DNA from: Vicugna vicugna
Lineage: Eukaryota
Reading direction: 5' to 3'
Assembly: GCA_013265495.1 (NCBI GenBank)
Contig: MU057711.1
Location: 2,120,844-2,184,843, forward strand
Length of the DNA stretch: 64,000 nucleotides
Positions within the stretch are counted from its first letter, which is position 1, and the number at the start of each line of letters is the position of its first letter. The notes below the pieces were generated by a model. It saw only the letters and a list, made by a program, of their open reading frames with translations, had not been told where the DNA came from and did not search any database. The translations under genes and the position numbers were made by a program. Below are positions 52,192-64,000 of the stretch, one piece after another.

Positions 52192-52712
52192 TGGTCATTA
52201 TTGGCTAAAAATGGCTCAGTATTGGTTTTGTAAGCTACTATTATTTCATGGTATTCTGTATTTAGGATCTTAAATAGAGTCATAGATTAATTGATGGAGT
52301 ATGGACATATAAACCTATTGTGTTTTTAGAAGTTGATCATGTATCAGTATGAGAAGAATATCTCACAAGTTTCATTTATTTATAAAAGCCTTTTTATCTT
52401 CAACTTAAAAAACTGTTAAGTGATACCTACTCAGTATAGAAAATTAGAATAAAAAGCCAAAAAAAGTATTAAGGCAGGAAGACAACTGAATCAATGAAAG
52501 CGAATAAAAATGAAACATTTTGATTTTTTTTTTAAATTAGAGGATAAAGATAGTCTTTCAAGTCAAAAGGGAAGAAATAGGCTATTTGTAGTGTTGAGAC
52601 AATTGACTCTTTATTTGGAAAAAAATGAATTTAGATCTTTACTTCATATCCATTAAAAAAAATAAATTCCAGGAAATTTCTTAAACAGATTCAAAAAGAT
52701 ACACACATCCTT

Positions 52713-52830
52713 AGGTGGAGGGTATGGCTAAGTGGTTCAATTCCCAGTACCTCTGTTTAAAAAAATAAACAAGTAAACCTAAAATTACCTCCCCCCATTA
52801 AAAAAAAAATTGAAAAAGAGACAAAAAAAC
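52713..52830 (+). mobile_element. Internally deleted Vic-1-like SINE within old L1 remnants, intron 5
   Basis: GGAGGGTATGGCTAAGTGGTTCAATTCCCAGTACCTC...AAACCTAAAATTACCTCCCCCC followed by an A tail. Confidence 0.75.
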
Positions 52831-55720
52831 AAAAACCTATCCAACCATAAAAGCGTTAGAAGAAAATATGGGAGAATATGTTCATAACCTTGGGATAAGA
52901 AAATGTCTTCTTAAGACACAAAACAGAAATGCCATAATGGAAGAAGTTAGATACATTTAATTGCACCAACAGTTAAAGGTTTTGTACAGCAGAAGGCAGA
53001 AATTAAGCAATAACTAGAGGAAAGTATTTGTAAGGTATGTAATAGATAGAGGATAGTATCCAGAATATTTGAAGACCTATTAAAAATCAGTAATACAAAA
53101 ACAAAACATTTTAAAAATGAGAAAAGGTAAGTTGTATCACAGAAGGGGACATACAGATGGCCTGTAAACATATAAAGACTGGACAGCCTCATTTGTAATC
53201 AGGGAAATGCAAAGTAAAACTCAACTCATTTATGTTACCTGTCAGGTGGGTAGAAATTAAATAACGTTATAACTCCAGTATTGTGGTGAAATGATGCAGC
53301 CATACACTGATTGTTTGGAATACACGTTGATGCAGCCATTTTGAAGGGCAGTTTTCATCATGCTTTTAAAATATAATCTGTGCATGCCTCATGACCTAGC
53401 GCCATTCTGCTGCTGTCCACCTACCCTAGTTGTGGGGACCATCACAAGTGCACACAAGGAAGCAAGCAAGTACAAGGTGGTTCATCGTAACATGCTTAGC
53501 ACTAGTGAGCAAATGGAAACAGTTTCTGTTCCTCAACAGGGGAGTCGTGAAATAGGCTATGGTAAAGCCGCATCAAAGGAAACCAGAAGTAAACCTATGA
53601 ATGTGGACATGGATCTCCAAGACATAATGTTAGGAGCAAAGAGTAAATTATGAAGCAGTATGCTCAGTTTGGTACCTTTTTTAAGTTTTGATTATGAAAA
53701 TTTCCAAACATAAAGTAGAGAGAGGAATTAAACTCCCATGTATCATTGTCCAGTGTCAACAGTAAATCAACTCATGGCCGCCGTTACTTCACGTGTCCCC
53801 CTGCCCACCTTCCCCTCATTATTTAGAAACAAATCCCAAGTGATGTATTTTACCCTCAAGCAGCACTTTAGCACCAGATTTTTATTATTCATATATGTGA
53901 ATGTAAATCCACGGAAAACAGTCTGGAAGAGTTCATGCTAAAACTGGTTTCTTCTGTTACGAGGGCTAGAATTGGAGGTAGATGGAGAGGATGACTTTAG
54001 CCTATCTGTATTGTTTGAACTTTTTATAGTAAGATTACATTAATGTCTTACTCATGTAATTTAAAGTAGATTAAAACTATGGTATTTTTATACAGTGGAA
54101 TGCTGTATATTTTATATTGTAATAACTGAAAAGGTACAGATGACTGAAACACAGTAACATGAATGAATTTCAGAAACACATTGACTCAGGAATCTATATT
54201 CAATACCTTGTATGGCCTATAATGAAAAAGAATGTAAAAAGAAATATATATATGTATAAAAGAATCACTATGCTGTACACCAGAAATTAGCACATTGTAG
54301 ATTGACTACATTTCAGGTTTAAAAAAAAATTGAATGAAAGAGGTAGATGCAAAATCACACACTCTGATTGCATTTATTTAAAGATCAGAAACAGGCAAAA
54401 TTAATCTGTGGTCAGCAATTATGTTGTATAGGGAGTTGGGATACCATTGACCTTGGAAAGGATCATGGAGGAACTTTGGTGGTAATGTTTTTTAGCTTGA
54501 TCTGGGTGGTGGCTATGAGGGAATATACATTTGTCAAAACTCACAAAATTGTGCTTAAAATTTGAGCATTTCATTGTACATGAATTATACCTTAATAAAA
54601 CTAAGAAAAATTATATTAAAGTTCTACCAAGTTATCAAGGAATTACTGAAAATTAAGTGAAGTAGGAATTGAGAGGTAACCAGAATCCTGACAACACTTT
54701 TAAGGATAATAATAAAATTTGTTAATTAAAACCACCTAGAATTTTACCAACTAAAGATAATCGTGTTTTATATTTTGTTGTGTATTCTCATTTATTTTTT
54801 ATAAAATAAAGATGTTAATTGATTTTTCAAACCTGCTTTGTTGGCCCAACGTTAGCCACCATATGTTGGGCCTTAACCATGTTCAGTGTCCCAATCCTAT
54901 TTTTTTATCTACATGATAAAAAATGTAAGGGCTTCCATTTTGTTTAGTTACATACTGTCCCATTTTATGGACGCATATATATATATATTGTGCATTTTTT
55001 CACTACGACTTAACCTCCATGAGGACAAGAGACTATCTAGTTGATTACTGGATCCCTGGAATCTCACACAAGGCCTGGCACATAATAGGCACTCAATAAA
55101 TGTTGAATGAAAGAATTAATAGCACATACATGTATATCTTTACACTTGTATTAGTTTCTTCAGATAAATTCCTAGAAGTGGAATTGTTTGGATTATATGG
55201 TACGTGCTTTTTTAGGGGGGAGAGGAGATAAATATGACAGTTGGTCCTGCAGAAGAGTTGTATCCACTTACACTGAACACCAGTGTTGTATGAGTGTCTT
55301 TCTCCAACCATTGGTTTACATTTTTAACTTAAGGAAATAAAAATTTTAATGTAAAAAAAGGTAAGTTTTTGTTTAAATACATAGTTTTATTTGTGTTCTA
55401 TAGGCTTCATTTGGTTAGGAGCAAAAATAAGTCTATACAAGTTGGGATTTTATTTTATCCAGTGTGTTGATTGGCAGGTTTTCAGGTAACCAGTGGACAA
55501 GGCATTCATCAGATAAAGATTGTTTTTGTTTTAAAGTACTAAAGATTTTGGAAGTTCCACACAAAGAACACTTTGAAAACATAACTATTAATTGCTTAAT
55601 CTTGACTAAACAGAGAAGTATTCTAATGTTCTTTGAGTGTGCTTTAAGGTTTCTAGATAAATGGTGGTGTTTTTAATAGAATTGTGTATTTTAAAACTTT
55701 TTTTTTTTCTATTTTTACAG

Positions 55721-55762
55721 ACAGGAAAACTAATTTTGAAACCTAGACCTCATGTTCAATGA
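55721..55762 (+). CDS. CNEP1R1: CNEP1R1 coding exon 6 (TGKLILKPRPHVQ-stop)
   Basis: T-rich acceptor tttttacag|; TGA at 55760-55762; total protein 125 aa. Confidence 0.97.
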   Translation, partial: TGKLILKPRPHVQ

Positions 55763-57085
55763 CAATCTGCACTCATTGTTATGGGACTTAAAACAAGCTT
55801 TCTTCAAATAAGTGATACAGCAAAAAGCCATAAAGGATTCCTTTTACGTTGGATATGTGAAGATCATCGCAACGACTGACAAGAAGTGTGCAATATTTAC
55901 CCAGATCATCTTCGTGGTGATGACTCACGTTATCAGTGCTTTGGTACCTTTGATTACATGTGTTTCAGTATTAGTGTCACTTTAGTACTTCAGATCCTGC
56001 AAAGATTTTTGCAGATGAAGTATGTATGTATGTTACTAAGTTAAACTTAGAAACAGAACCTCATCCAGTTTTTATAATGTATTTTTGCAAACTACTGTAA
56101 ATAGCAAATCAATGCCAATGTTAAAGAGGAAATGTCATGTGGACTTTGTTCTCCTGCACCAGTATTTCAGGAACATCTGCTTGCCATCTCCACAGCTCTT
56201 CAGAGCCAGCTGTTACGTATAGCTGTGCCGTTCACTCTTAACACCCCTCTCTCCTAATCATAATGCAGGAAAAGTACCAGATTGAGCTTAGACTGGGGAA
56301 AACTCATCTCCATTGTGTTGTAAGAAATTATAGATGTTTTGAGAAACAATTTTTGTTAAGCCAGATAGTGAATTTCAGCCACTCTTGTGATATTTTCCAG
56401 TTCATTGTTTTCATTTAATGCTAAATATACTTTATATTTTTTTAAATGATTTTAAGAACACTCCAGAGGCTTCTGAATAGACAAGTTTAGTTATAAATTA
56501 TGTATTGCCTGGGAATTTGATAGTCATTGTTTTAGATAATTGGATTTTATGCTGTGGTAGACATGCTGTTACACTAGTATTGTGCAGGTGTAATTGATCA
56601 TCCCACTCCATCACAAGGATAACTTGGGAGCGGTGCCACAAACTAGTCTACAATTCTCACTGTTTAGAGAGTGTTAATGACATACTGTGTATGCATATTA
56701 GCCACATGTACAGTAATGGCCCTTAAAAGTAAACTGTTGGGATTGCTGTAAATATTTTAAGAACTGGAGGTGCCTTTTACCTGTTTATTAGTAGATTTTG
56801 AAAAGGTTTAAATTATTTCATGAGCAATCTTTTAAATTTCATTTAATGTAAAGCTGAAAATTGAAAGACAGGACAAAAACTTTTTAACAAGGCTACCATT
56901 TAACTTAAATGTGTTCATCTTGGCTTTCACGTGTATAAAATTTTATTCTTTGAACTGCAGCAATAAAACCCTCTGCTCCTACGAAGTCTTTAGAGGGTAC
57001 TCTATATATTCTGCATTGTTTTATTTTCTGTAAATTTTGTAGGTAAATATGTGCATAGAAATAAATACTTTATATATACTTAGTG
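55763..57085 (+). other. CNEP1R1: CNEP1R1 3'UTR (3' end approximate)
   Basis: AT-rich tract after the stop with no recognisable repeats; AATAAA at 56962, 57060 and 57279. Confidence 0.75.
57060..57065 (+). terminator. Probable main polyadenylation signal AATAAA
   Basis: Followed ~20-50 nt later by a U/GU-rich tract (GGGCTTTTTCCTTGGTGTATTGT); alternative signals at 56962 and 57279. Confidence 0.6.
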
Positions 57086-57776
57086 ATTGGGCTTTTTCCT
57101 TGGTGTATTGTAAGTCTGCAGAAAAAGTTTTAAACATGCTGTGTATGTCAGATACAGGCTAGTTCCAAAGGAGATATTTTACTCTAACTCTGTGTCCAGT
57201 ACAGCAAGTTTTAGGAAGCAACCAAAGCCTGTTTATTAGGCTATGAATACTTTTAATATTTTTTATTCATCATTGTCTAATAAACATTTGGTTCTTAATC
57301 AGGACATGCAGGTTTTCTCACAAATTAAGCTTGATAAGCTTGGATTGCTAGTTTCCTTCAAGAGTGTAAAGTTGAAGAGGAATTTTATATGTCCTAAATC
57401 CTTTTTGGAATCATCAGCTACTTTGTGTATTAAGTGAAAGCCTTGCATCCTTTTCCCCAGAGAAATATGCCTGTGTACGTACATCAGTACGTGGAGAGGA
57501 CTTCAAGGATTTCCTGATGCTGGACTACTTGGAATCCATTGGCCAAGAAAGAAACTTTTGTTACAGTTCCAAAGATTTTTCATACCCTTAATTCTAGCTG
57601 AGCAGTTCATTTCCAAAAAAGTCTTTGCCCTGGTTGAAATGTCCCAAGGGTCCTTGCCAGGTTAGCTTCTCATCATCAGCACCCTCACTCTCTCAATCCC
57701 CCTTCTGCACTATTAGGAAATTACCAGTGCATCTAGTCTTCTGATTTCACAGGTGGGCATAGACAGTCTTAGATTT

Positions 57777-57904
57777 GATTTGATTGATTGATTTAGCGGG
57801 GGTAATTAGGCTTATTTATTTATTTATTGAGGAGGTACCAGGGATTGAACCCAGGACCTCGTGCGTGCTAAGCATGCCCTCCCCTGCTTGAGCTATGCCC
57901 TCCT
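57777..57904 (-). mobile_element. tRNA-derived SINE (Vic-1-like) with 15-bp TSD
   Basis: TSD GACAGTC(T/G)TAGATTT at 57762-57776 and 57905-57919. Confidence 0.9.
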
Positions 57905-59754
57905 GACAGTCGTAGATTTTCAGAGTGACTTTACTCCAGGTCCCAACGACTTACTAAAGACAACCAAGTCTCTTGACTCAGACAGAAAGGATGTTTGTGT
58001 GTTTGTGTTGAACTTAATTTGTGAGTCATTATAATGTTATGATTAAGAATGTAGACTCAGCTAAACTGTCTGGATTTGAATCTCAGATCTGCTACTTTAT
58101 AGTTTTGTAACTAGGCAAATTATGTAACCTTAGTTTTTTCATTTATAAAATGGGCATAAGGCCAATCTCCTAGGCAGAGGAAGATAATGTATAGGGTATA
58201 GGTGTGTTGCCAATCATCCAGGCTTACATTGAGTATTAAATTTGTAATTCATGGGAAGCACTTAAACAGTACTTGGCTACAGAGTCAATGCTGAGTAAAT
58301 CTAGTTGTTTAACCAAACACTAAAGGTTAAAACAAAACAAAACAAAACAAAAACATCTTTGTTACACCTTTACCTGATGTCAATATTTTAGTTGAGATGG
58401 CCATGAGGAAATTCTACACATCTTTTGAACCAAGCAAACTCCTGAATACTGGATTAAACACAAAGAGAAAGGATATTTGACCTCTAATGATTTAAGAAAC
58501 TAAAATGACTCCTAGGTATTTTCTCAAGCAACTTCACTGAAAACATTAAGGCTGTGACTACCTAATAATGCTGCTTTTTGACTGGCTCTTTTCTCTAGAA
58601 CTGGACTCTTGGTGGGCATTTTGTAGAGACTGAGCTAAGTCCTAGTGGCTGGCAGGTGCTCTGCTTTCCTCAGCAACTAAAGTGGCTCTCATTTCCTCTC
58701 CTGTTGAAATCATAGAAATTCAAGTCTCGTTCGTTTTTCAGGCTAAATTTTCTGTACGTTTTATCCTGGGTAAGTATTATTTCTATCTTTTCCTCTCTTT
58801 TTTCCACTAAAAATAGGAAGTGTACTTTGCATCATGGAACACAGACGTTTTAAAAACTGTTTTCAGTGAATGAATGATTGTTATGCATGTCTGATTTTGT
58901 GAGGGAAAAAAAAGAGTATCAGTTAACTGGAAGTTTGAGGTGTGCTCTTTTATCACCTTTGTGCGATGCCCTTTATGTGCCAAGTGCTTTGTTGTGTGTG
59001 TGTGTGAAGAAGAATTTTTGTCCTCTCAGCACTTGTTGCCTGGGGGAGGGAGGATTCTGGGTGGTGGTGGGGAGACAGACCGGTGGCTGAGCAGTTCCCA
59101 TATGTTTTAAGTGCTATGAAAGTGCAGGATGCTATAGGAGCCCAGAGGGAAGGTGCTAGTCCAGACACGACTTTCTAAAGGTTATTTCTCTGATCTGAAG
59201 GGTCAACCATGGAGGGGGGGAGGGGCAGAGTCAGTTCTTGAGTTGGGCTGGCAGCTCCCAACCGGAGATGGAGAGGGATTATGGCAAGAGATGAGGCTGG
59301 AAGTAAGTAGGTATCTGGGGTTCGGAGTTTCATGAGGGCAGTGGGAAGCCACCAAAAGTGTTTTGATAGAGAAGTGACAACCAGATTTTCATTTTATGAT
59401 TGTGACTGCTGCTGTGTGGACTGGTGGGGCATGGCCTGGGTGAGCGGTTGGGAACTGCTCCTCTAGAGTCCAGGGGAGAGATGAGGGCTCCTGAACCAGG
59501 GATGTAAGAACTCTTAAGATAACTCGAGTGGGAGTTAGTGGGAGGTGAGGAGGCGGAGACATTGAGCATAAAGTCTACTACTCTTTTCATCCTTGTTGCC
59601 TGTTACAGAAATAGTTCCGATGATCACCAGTGTTTGAGAACTACTATATGTTCCTCTTGGAGAGTCCCTGTGCTCCAAAGCATAGTAAAAGCTCCAAGTG
59701 GTCCTGCAGTAGAGAAAAGTTTCTGCTTGTTTCCCTGACATTTTGGGAAATACC

Positions 59755-60165
59755 TGTTAAACATTGTGGATATTTGGATATTTATCATGATTTCTGTCTA
59801 CCCAGCTTTTTTTGAATACCTGTGCTAGGTTTGGGGAATGCCAGCTGAATGGGTCCAGCCTCTCCCAGGATAACCTCAAAAATCTCCCTGACTCCTTTGT
59901 GTTTGGCACACAGGGCGAGGGGAGGCCATAAAGTTAAGTTTCTGTTGTAGGATACTTTGTTGTGCTCAGTGATGGTGGCACTGATTTCCTCATCAGGCCC
60001 ATTTGGTGACATGAGTTTGGGCATTTTTTTCTAAAAGTTTAGAGGTGAACTAGTCTCTCTAGATCTCCCAGTTTCTGTGAGGTACCCAGTATCCTTTCAA
60101 TGATCTGTTTTCTGTTTAATCACCCAAAGTCAGTTTCTCTTACTTGCAAATAAAACCCCAACTTA
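59755..60165 (+). mobile_element. Ancient ERVL/MaLR-type LTR remnant
   Basis: 3' motif GTCAGTTTCTCTTACTTGCAAATAAAACCC is typical of old ERVL/MaLR LTRs. Confidence 0.5.
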
Positions 60166-62169
60166 GAAAATAGTACATAGAAGAGCTGTTCCAAGGAGCA
60201 CAATTTGAGGAGAGTTGATCCATCAACGTAAGGGATTAGAGATCTGCTTCAAACCAAGCATGATGTCGTCTGCCAGGTAAGGGGGCTTTGAGCCATATGT
60301 AGTGGAAGAGCTTTAAGTCCCTATATTCTGAGTCCACGTCACCCGCGTATCTGTAGTTCCCTAGAGCTCATAGCTTATGGAAGATGCTCAGTTACTGTTG
60401 GTCAAATGAATGAATGAATCTTGACTTTGGTATCTAAATTTTGTACGTAATTACATTAAATCATGTTTTCTTACACAATTTATCTAGTTTTCAGGGAGAT
60501 TCTCAAGAATGAAGGTTAAATGCTAAGATTTATAATCTAAGTAACAGTAGGGAAACTAAAATAACAGTCTATTGTAACTTCAAGTAAACCAAAAAAGAAA
60601 TACTGTATATTCTTGCCAGAAGTTGCTTTTTATATTTCACATTTCCTACAATTATCTGTCAACATCAGACTTGTTTTTCTCCTGTTCTACCCTGAAAACC
60701 ATTAAAAGAAAAACAAATTGTTATTATGGAAAAATGTAAACACATGTAGAGAAAGTAGAATAATGGACACCTTTGTACCCATCACCCAACTTCAACAGGT
60801 ATCAACATACAATAACCAATTTTATCTCTTGAGTACACCCTATTTCTACTTCCTCACCCCCAACAAAGGATTATTTTGAAATAAATCCCAGATACTTTAT
60901 CACTTAATCTGTAAGTATTCCAGTAAGTATATCTGAAAGATAAGGACTCTCTTAACATAACCACAATACTGTATCACACCTGAAAAGTGAACAATAATTT
61001 CATACCATCAAATGTTCAGCTCATACTTTCCCAAGCGTCTCATAAATATCTCTTATACAGTTGGTTTGTCTGAATCAAGAATCAGATAAAGAAAATTTGA
61101 ATACCAGCAACTTGGGAAAAAACAACCTAGGATCTGGGGCTTGGTTTCTGAAATCTGATTACATTTGTGAGCTCATGCATATAGAATGCTTTTTCAATAA
61201 ATAATGTAAAGTGACTCTAGTCAAGAGCTTCCACAGTAGACAACACTATCATAGTGAACATCACTGCTGTCTCTTTATGTATGAACAACCTCAGAGGAGA
61301 CGGGGAACCCAGTACACAAGCCACGGTGAGGGTCTGGTATGACAGCTATGCAGCATCCTTAGAGAGTTCCCATTCCAGACAAGAGCCGGACGAAAAGAGG
61401 AGATCACAGCAAGAAACTGGAGTGGATATGTTTGAACATATGGAAAATATTGTTGACAAAGATCTGAGACATTTGGGGAAAAAATGACAGATTGATGGGA
61501 AGCCAGGATAATGAAAAAAATTCAGTTATTAACATCAGAACAATGAAGGGTTGTATAAGAGACTGTGGTTTTAATGGACTTCTTAGAAGTTGAGCAGTGA
61601 GCAATGTATTTGTATTGTCCTAGTAATTTGGATGGTGGTTGTTGATTTAATCAAAAATGTGTTGCACTTTTGTTGAATGAAGGAGAAATGGGGGAGAGGG
61701 TACAGGAGAGCTAAGTCCTTACCCATCAGGACAAGAAGTTAAGAAATAATATGCAGTACTGACAAACAAGAACGAGCAACAGCTTTTCACTGGGGAATAT
61801 GAAGATACTACTAAGAGAAGCAGAAGAGTTGAGAATGTCTACTTCCTAGAATGGGCTTGGGGTTGGGGAGAAGGAAAGCAAGGGACAGCTGTTCTTCCTT
61901 TTATGACTTTTCAGATCGTGTGTTCATGTAAAATACTTCTTTTCAGTGAGGTAGCAAAATACACACGAGTGTGCTCGGTGGAGTAGTTTGTTTTACAAGT
62001 GGAGAAGGGTGTAGAGAGCATTTTGCCTAGTTCGGGAGCCCTTGCTGTGCGCTTAGTCATTTTTTTATGTTCCTCCCTTTATCTGGTGTTACCCGTGAAA
62101 ACTTTGATTTCCTCAATTTGTTAGCTCTTCAGTAAATACCAGCAAATTCAGCAGGAGACAGTATATTGC

Positions 62170-62380
62170 CGTTGACAAGCTAACTCAAGTCTGACGGTCT
62201 TTGTCACTTACGAGTCATGTGCTCTTAGGCAAGTAGCTTAACTTCTCTATGCCTCAGTTCCCTTACTTCTAACATGGGGGTGTTAACATCACGTGGGATT
62301 GTTGATGGGTTAAAAAGCTTAATACACACAAGGCTCTTAGAGCAGTGTCTGGCACGTAGTGATGGCTCAATAAATACTGT
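62170..62380 (+). mobile_element. MIR SINE
   Basis: Core GGCAAGTAGCTTAACTTCTCTATGCCTCAGTT...TGGCACGTAGTGATGGCTCAATAAATA. Confidence 0.75.
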
Positions 62381-62479
62381 CAATAGGACATTGGCATCCA
62401 TTCCAGTAGGAAATGGAGCCCATTATAATGACCAGTGAAGCTGAGGGAACTGATCATACAGGGATAGGTTCCATAGACT

Positions 62480-63130
62480 TTTTTAAAATCAACTTTATTG
62501 AGGTTAATTTACATAAAATAACCTCTCTTACTATTATAAAATACTGTTTTTAACTGTAGTTTGATGAATTTTGATAAGTGTAGCACCCATGTAAAAATCA
62601 CTACAAGCAAGATACAGAACATTTCAATCACCCCAAAGAGTTCCCTTGAACCATTTCCCAGTCAATTCCCATCCCCAACCCCTGGCTCCAGGCCCCTATT
62701 GTCTGACTCTATCACTACAGATTAGATTTGTGGTTTCTAGAGTTTCACATAAATGAAATCATGGTATAATCATACAGTACAATACTCTTTTGTCTGGTTT
62801 GAGATTTTTTTTGAGATTTTATCTACATTAATACGTGTATTCGTAATTCATTCCATCTCATTACTTTTCTGTTTCTCCATTTACCAGTTGATGGCATTTG
62901 GGTTGTTTCCAGCTTGAGGCTTTATTAATAGAGCTTCAGTGAATATTTATGCACAGGTCTGTATGGCTATATTCACTTTTCTTGGGAATACCTGGAGTGG
63001 AATGGCTGAATCATGGGCTGAGCGTATGTAACTTTAGAAGAAGCAGCCAAACTGTTTTCTAAAGTGGTTGCCCATTTTTCATACCCACCAGCAACGTTTG
63101 AGAGTTCCAGTAGCTGTACACCCACTAAAA
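62480..63130 (-). mobile_element. L1ME/MD-like 3' end
   Basis: CAACTTTATTGAGG...GAACATTTCAATCACCCCAAA...GCCAAACTGTTTTCTAAAGTGGTTG. Confidence 0.8.
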
Positions 63131-63934
63131 AGGCTAAAATGAGAAAGACTGACAGTACTGGTTTGGGGAGGAGATGAAATAACTGACTGTTGACTTTTTG
63201 GTGAGGAGGGTGCCCTTAAAATGTTCTCCTATCGCTCTGTTTTGATCAAAACCATTTAAGGTGTGTTGCATTCCAAAGGTTGAGTGAGTTAGATGGAATT
63301 TATGGTAATCTGTATTAGGATTAAATCCCATCAAGTAGAAGTGATTTGTTCTAAACTAGGTATTTTTCAGTGTTTATTTTGGCCAAACAGCCAACAAAAC
63401 AGGCAATAGTTTTCAAGGGCAGTGATAGGAATATCCTATAACAAAATTGATCTGGCTCATTTCAGGCAAGACCACTAGGTATCAGCTTTGGGGAAAAAAA
63501 TAAGTTTAAAATATTAGTTCTCTATTTGAAGAAAGTTTTAACTTGCTAGTACAAAATAAAAAAAACTGAAAGGTTACATCAGCAATTGGTATGTTTTTGT
63601 CACTTTTGCTATTGGCTAAAGCAAGTGATATGACAATTTTAAGTCTGAACTTTTAATAGAGGCTATTTATTTCTTTTGCTAGTATAGAGTGGCATCAGCA
63701 ACCGTGATGTTTTGAGAGTTTACCTAACTTTGCATGTTTCATCACATGTGATACAAATTTCCTAAGTAGTCAATTTGTGAACTTTTTGTACTATTTGAGA
63801 TGCATAAAACAATCAGTTATTTAAAAAAAATTCCTTACCTCCATTTTCACTTGAACATTTGATAAATCCTGATTTGATGCGGCATGGAAGGTAATGTAAA
63901 AGGAAAAATGTGTAGTCACTCATAGTAACTCATT

Positions 63935-64000
63935 TTTTTTCTTTTTTTAATATATATTTTTGTTGAAGTATAGTCAGTTTACAATGTTGTGTCAATTTCT
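63935..64000 (-). mobile_element. Young L1 3' tail running off the window end
   Basis: T-rich tail followed by TTGAAGTATAGTCAGTTTACAATGTTGTGTCAATTTC. Confidence 0.75.

Noticed and set aside
57100..64000. Search for the downstream neighbour gene (HEATR3 by recalled human synteny)
   Set aside because: No CpG island or recognisable coding exon in this interval
1..64000. Prokaryotic-type systems (CRISPR arrays, operons, defence islands)
   Set aside because: The sequence is mammalian with spliceosomal introns and LINE/SINE/LTR repeats; no regularly spaced repeat-spacer array was seen

Overview
Mammalian genomic DNA, AT-rich and repeat-dense. It is most likely camelid, inferred from six tRNA-derived Vic-1-like SINEs. 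The window holds one complete protein-coding gene on the + strand: CNEP1R1 (TMEM188; CTD nuclear envelope phosphatase 1 regulatory subunit 1). It has six coding exons (45072-45096, 46248-46319, 48330-48403, 51612-51721, 51843-51897, 55721-55762) that splice in frame to 125 aa ([16 protein letters not shown]...KLILKPRPHVQ). It also has a CpG-island/CCAAT promoter, a 121-nt U12-type intron 4 and a ~1.3-1.5 kb 3'UTR. The first ~44 kb are mostly nested L1, LTR, DNA-transposon, MIR/L2 and SINE fossils. Most notable observations: (1) a TSD-flanked, polyadenylated chimeric L1 insertion (5'UTR+ORF1 only, then inverted and foreign sequence) that looks like a 3' transduction or half-L1; (2) an orphan CpG island at ~23 kb with a minus-strand TATA-like box and strong splice donor; (3) a ~210-bp templated local duplication; (4) a frameshifted counterpart of the human alternative CNEP1R1 exon, a possible poison exon. 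Most ORF-track entries are L1 remnants or chance ORFs. Repeat subfamily names come from recognition of consensus sequences, not from a database search. I found no evidence for a wholly new multi-gene system.
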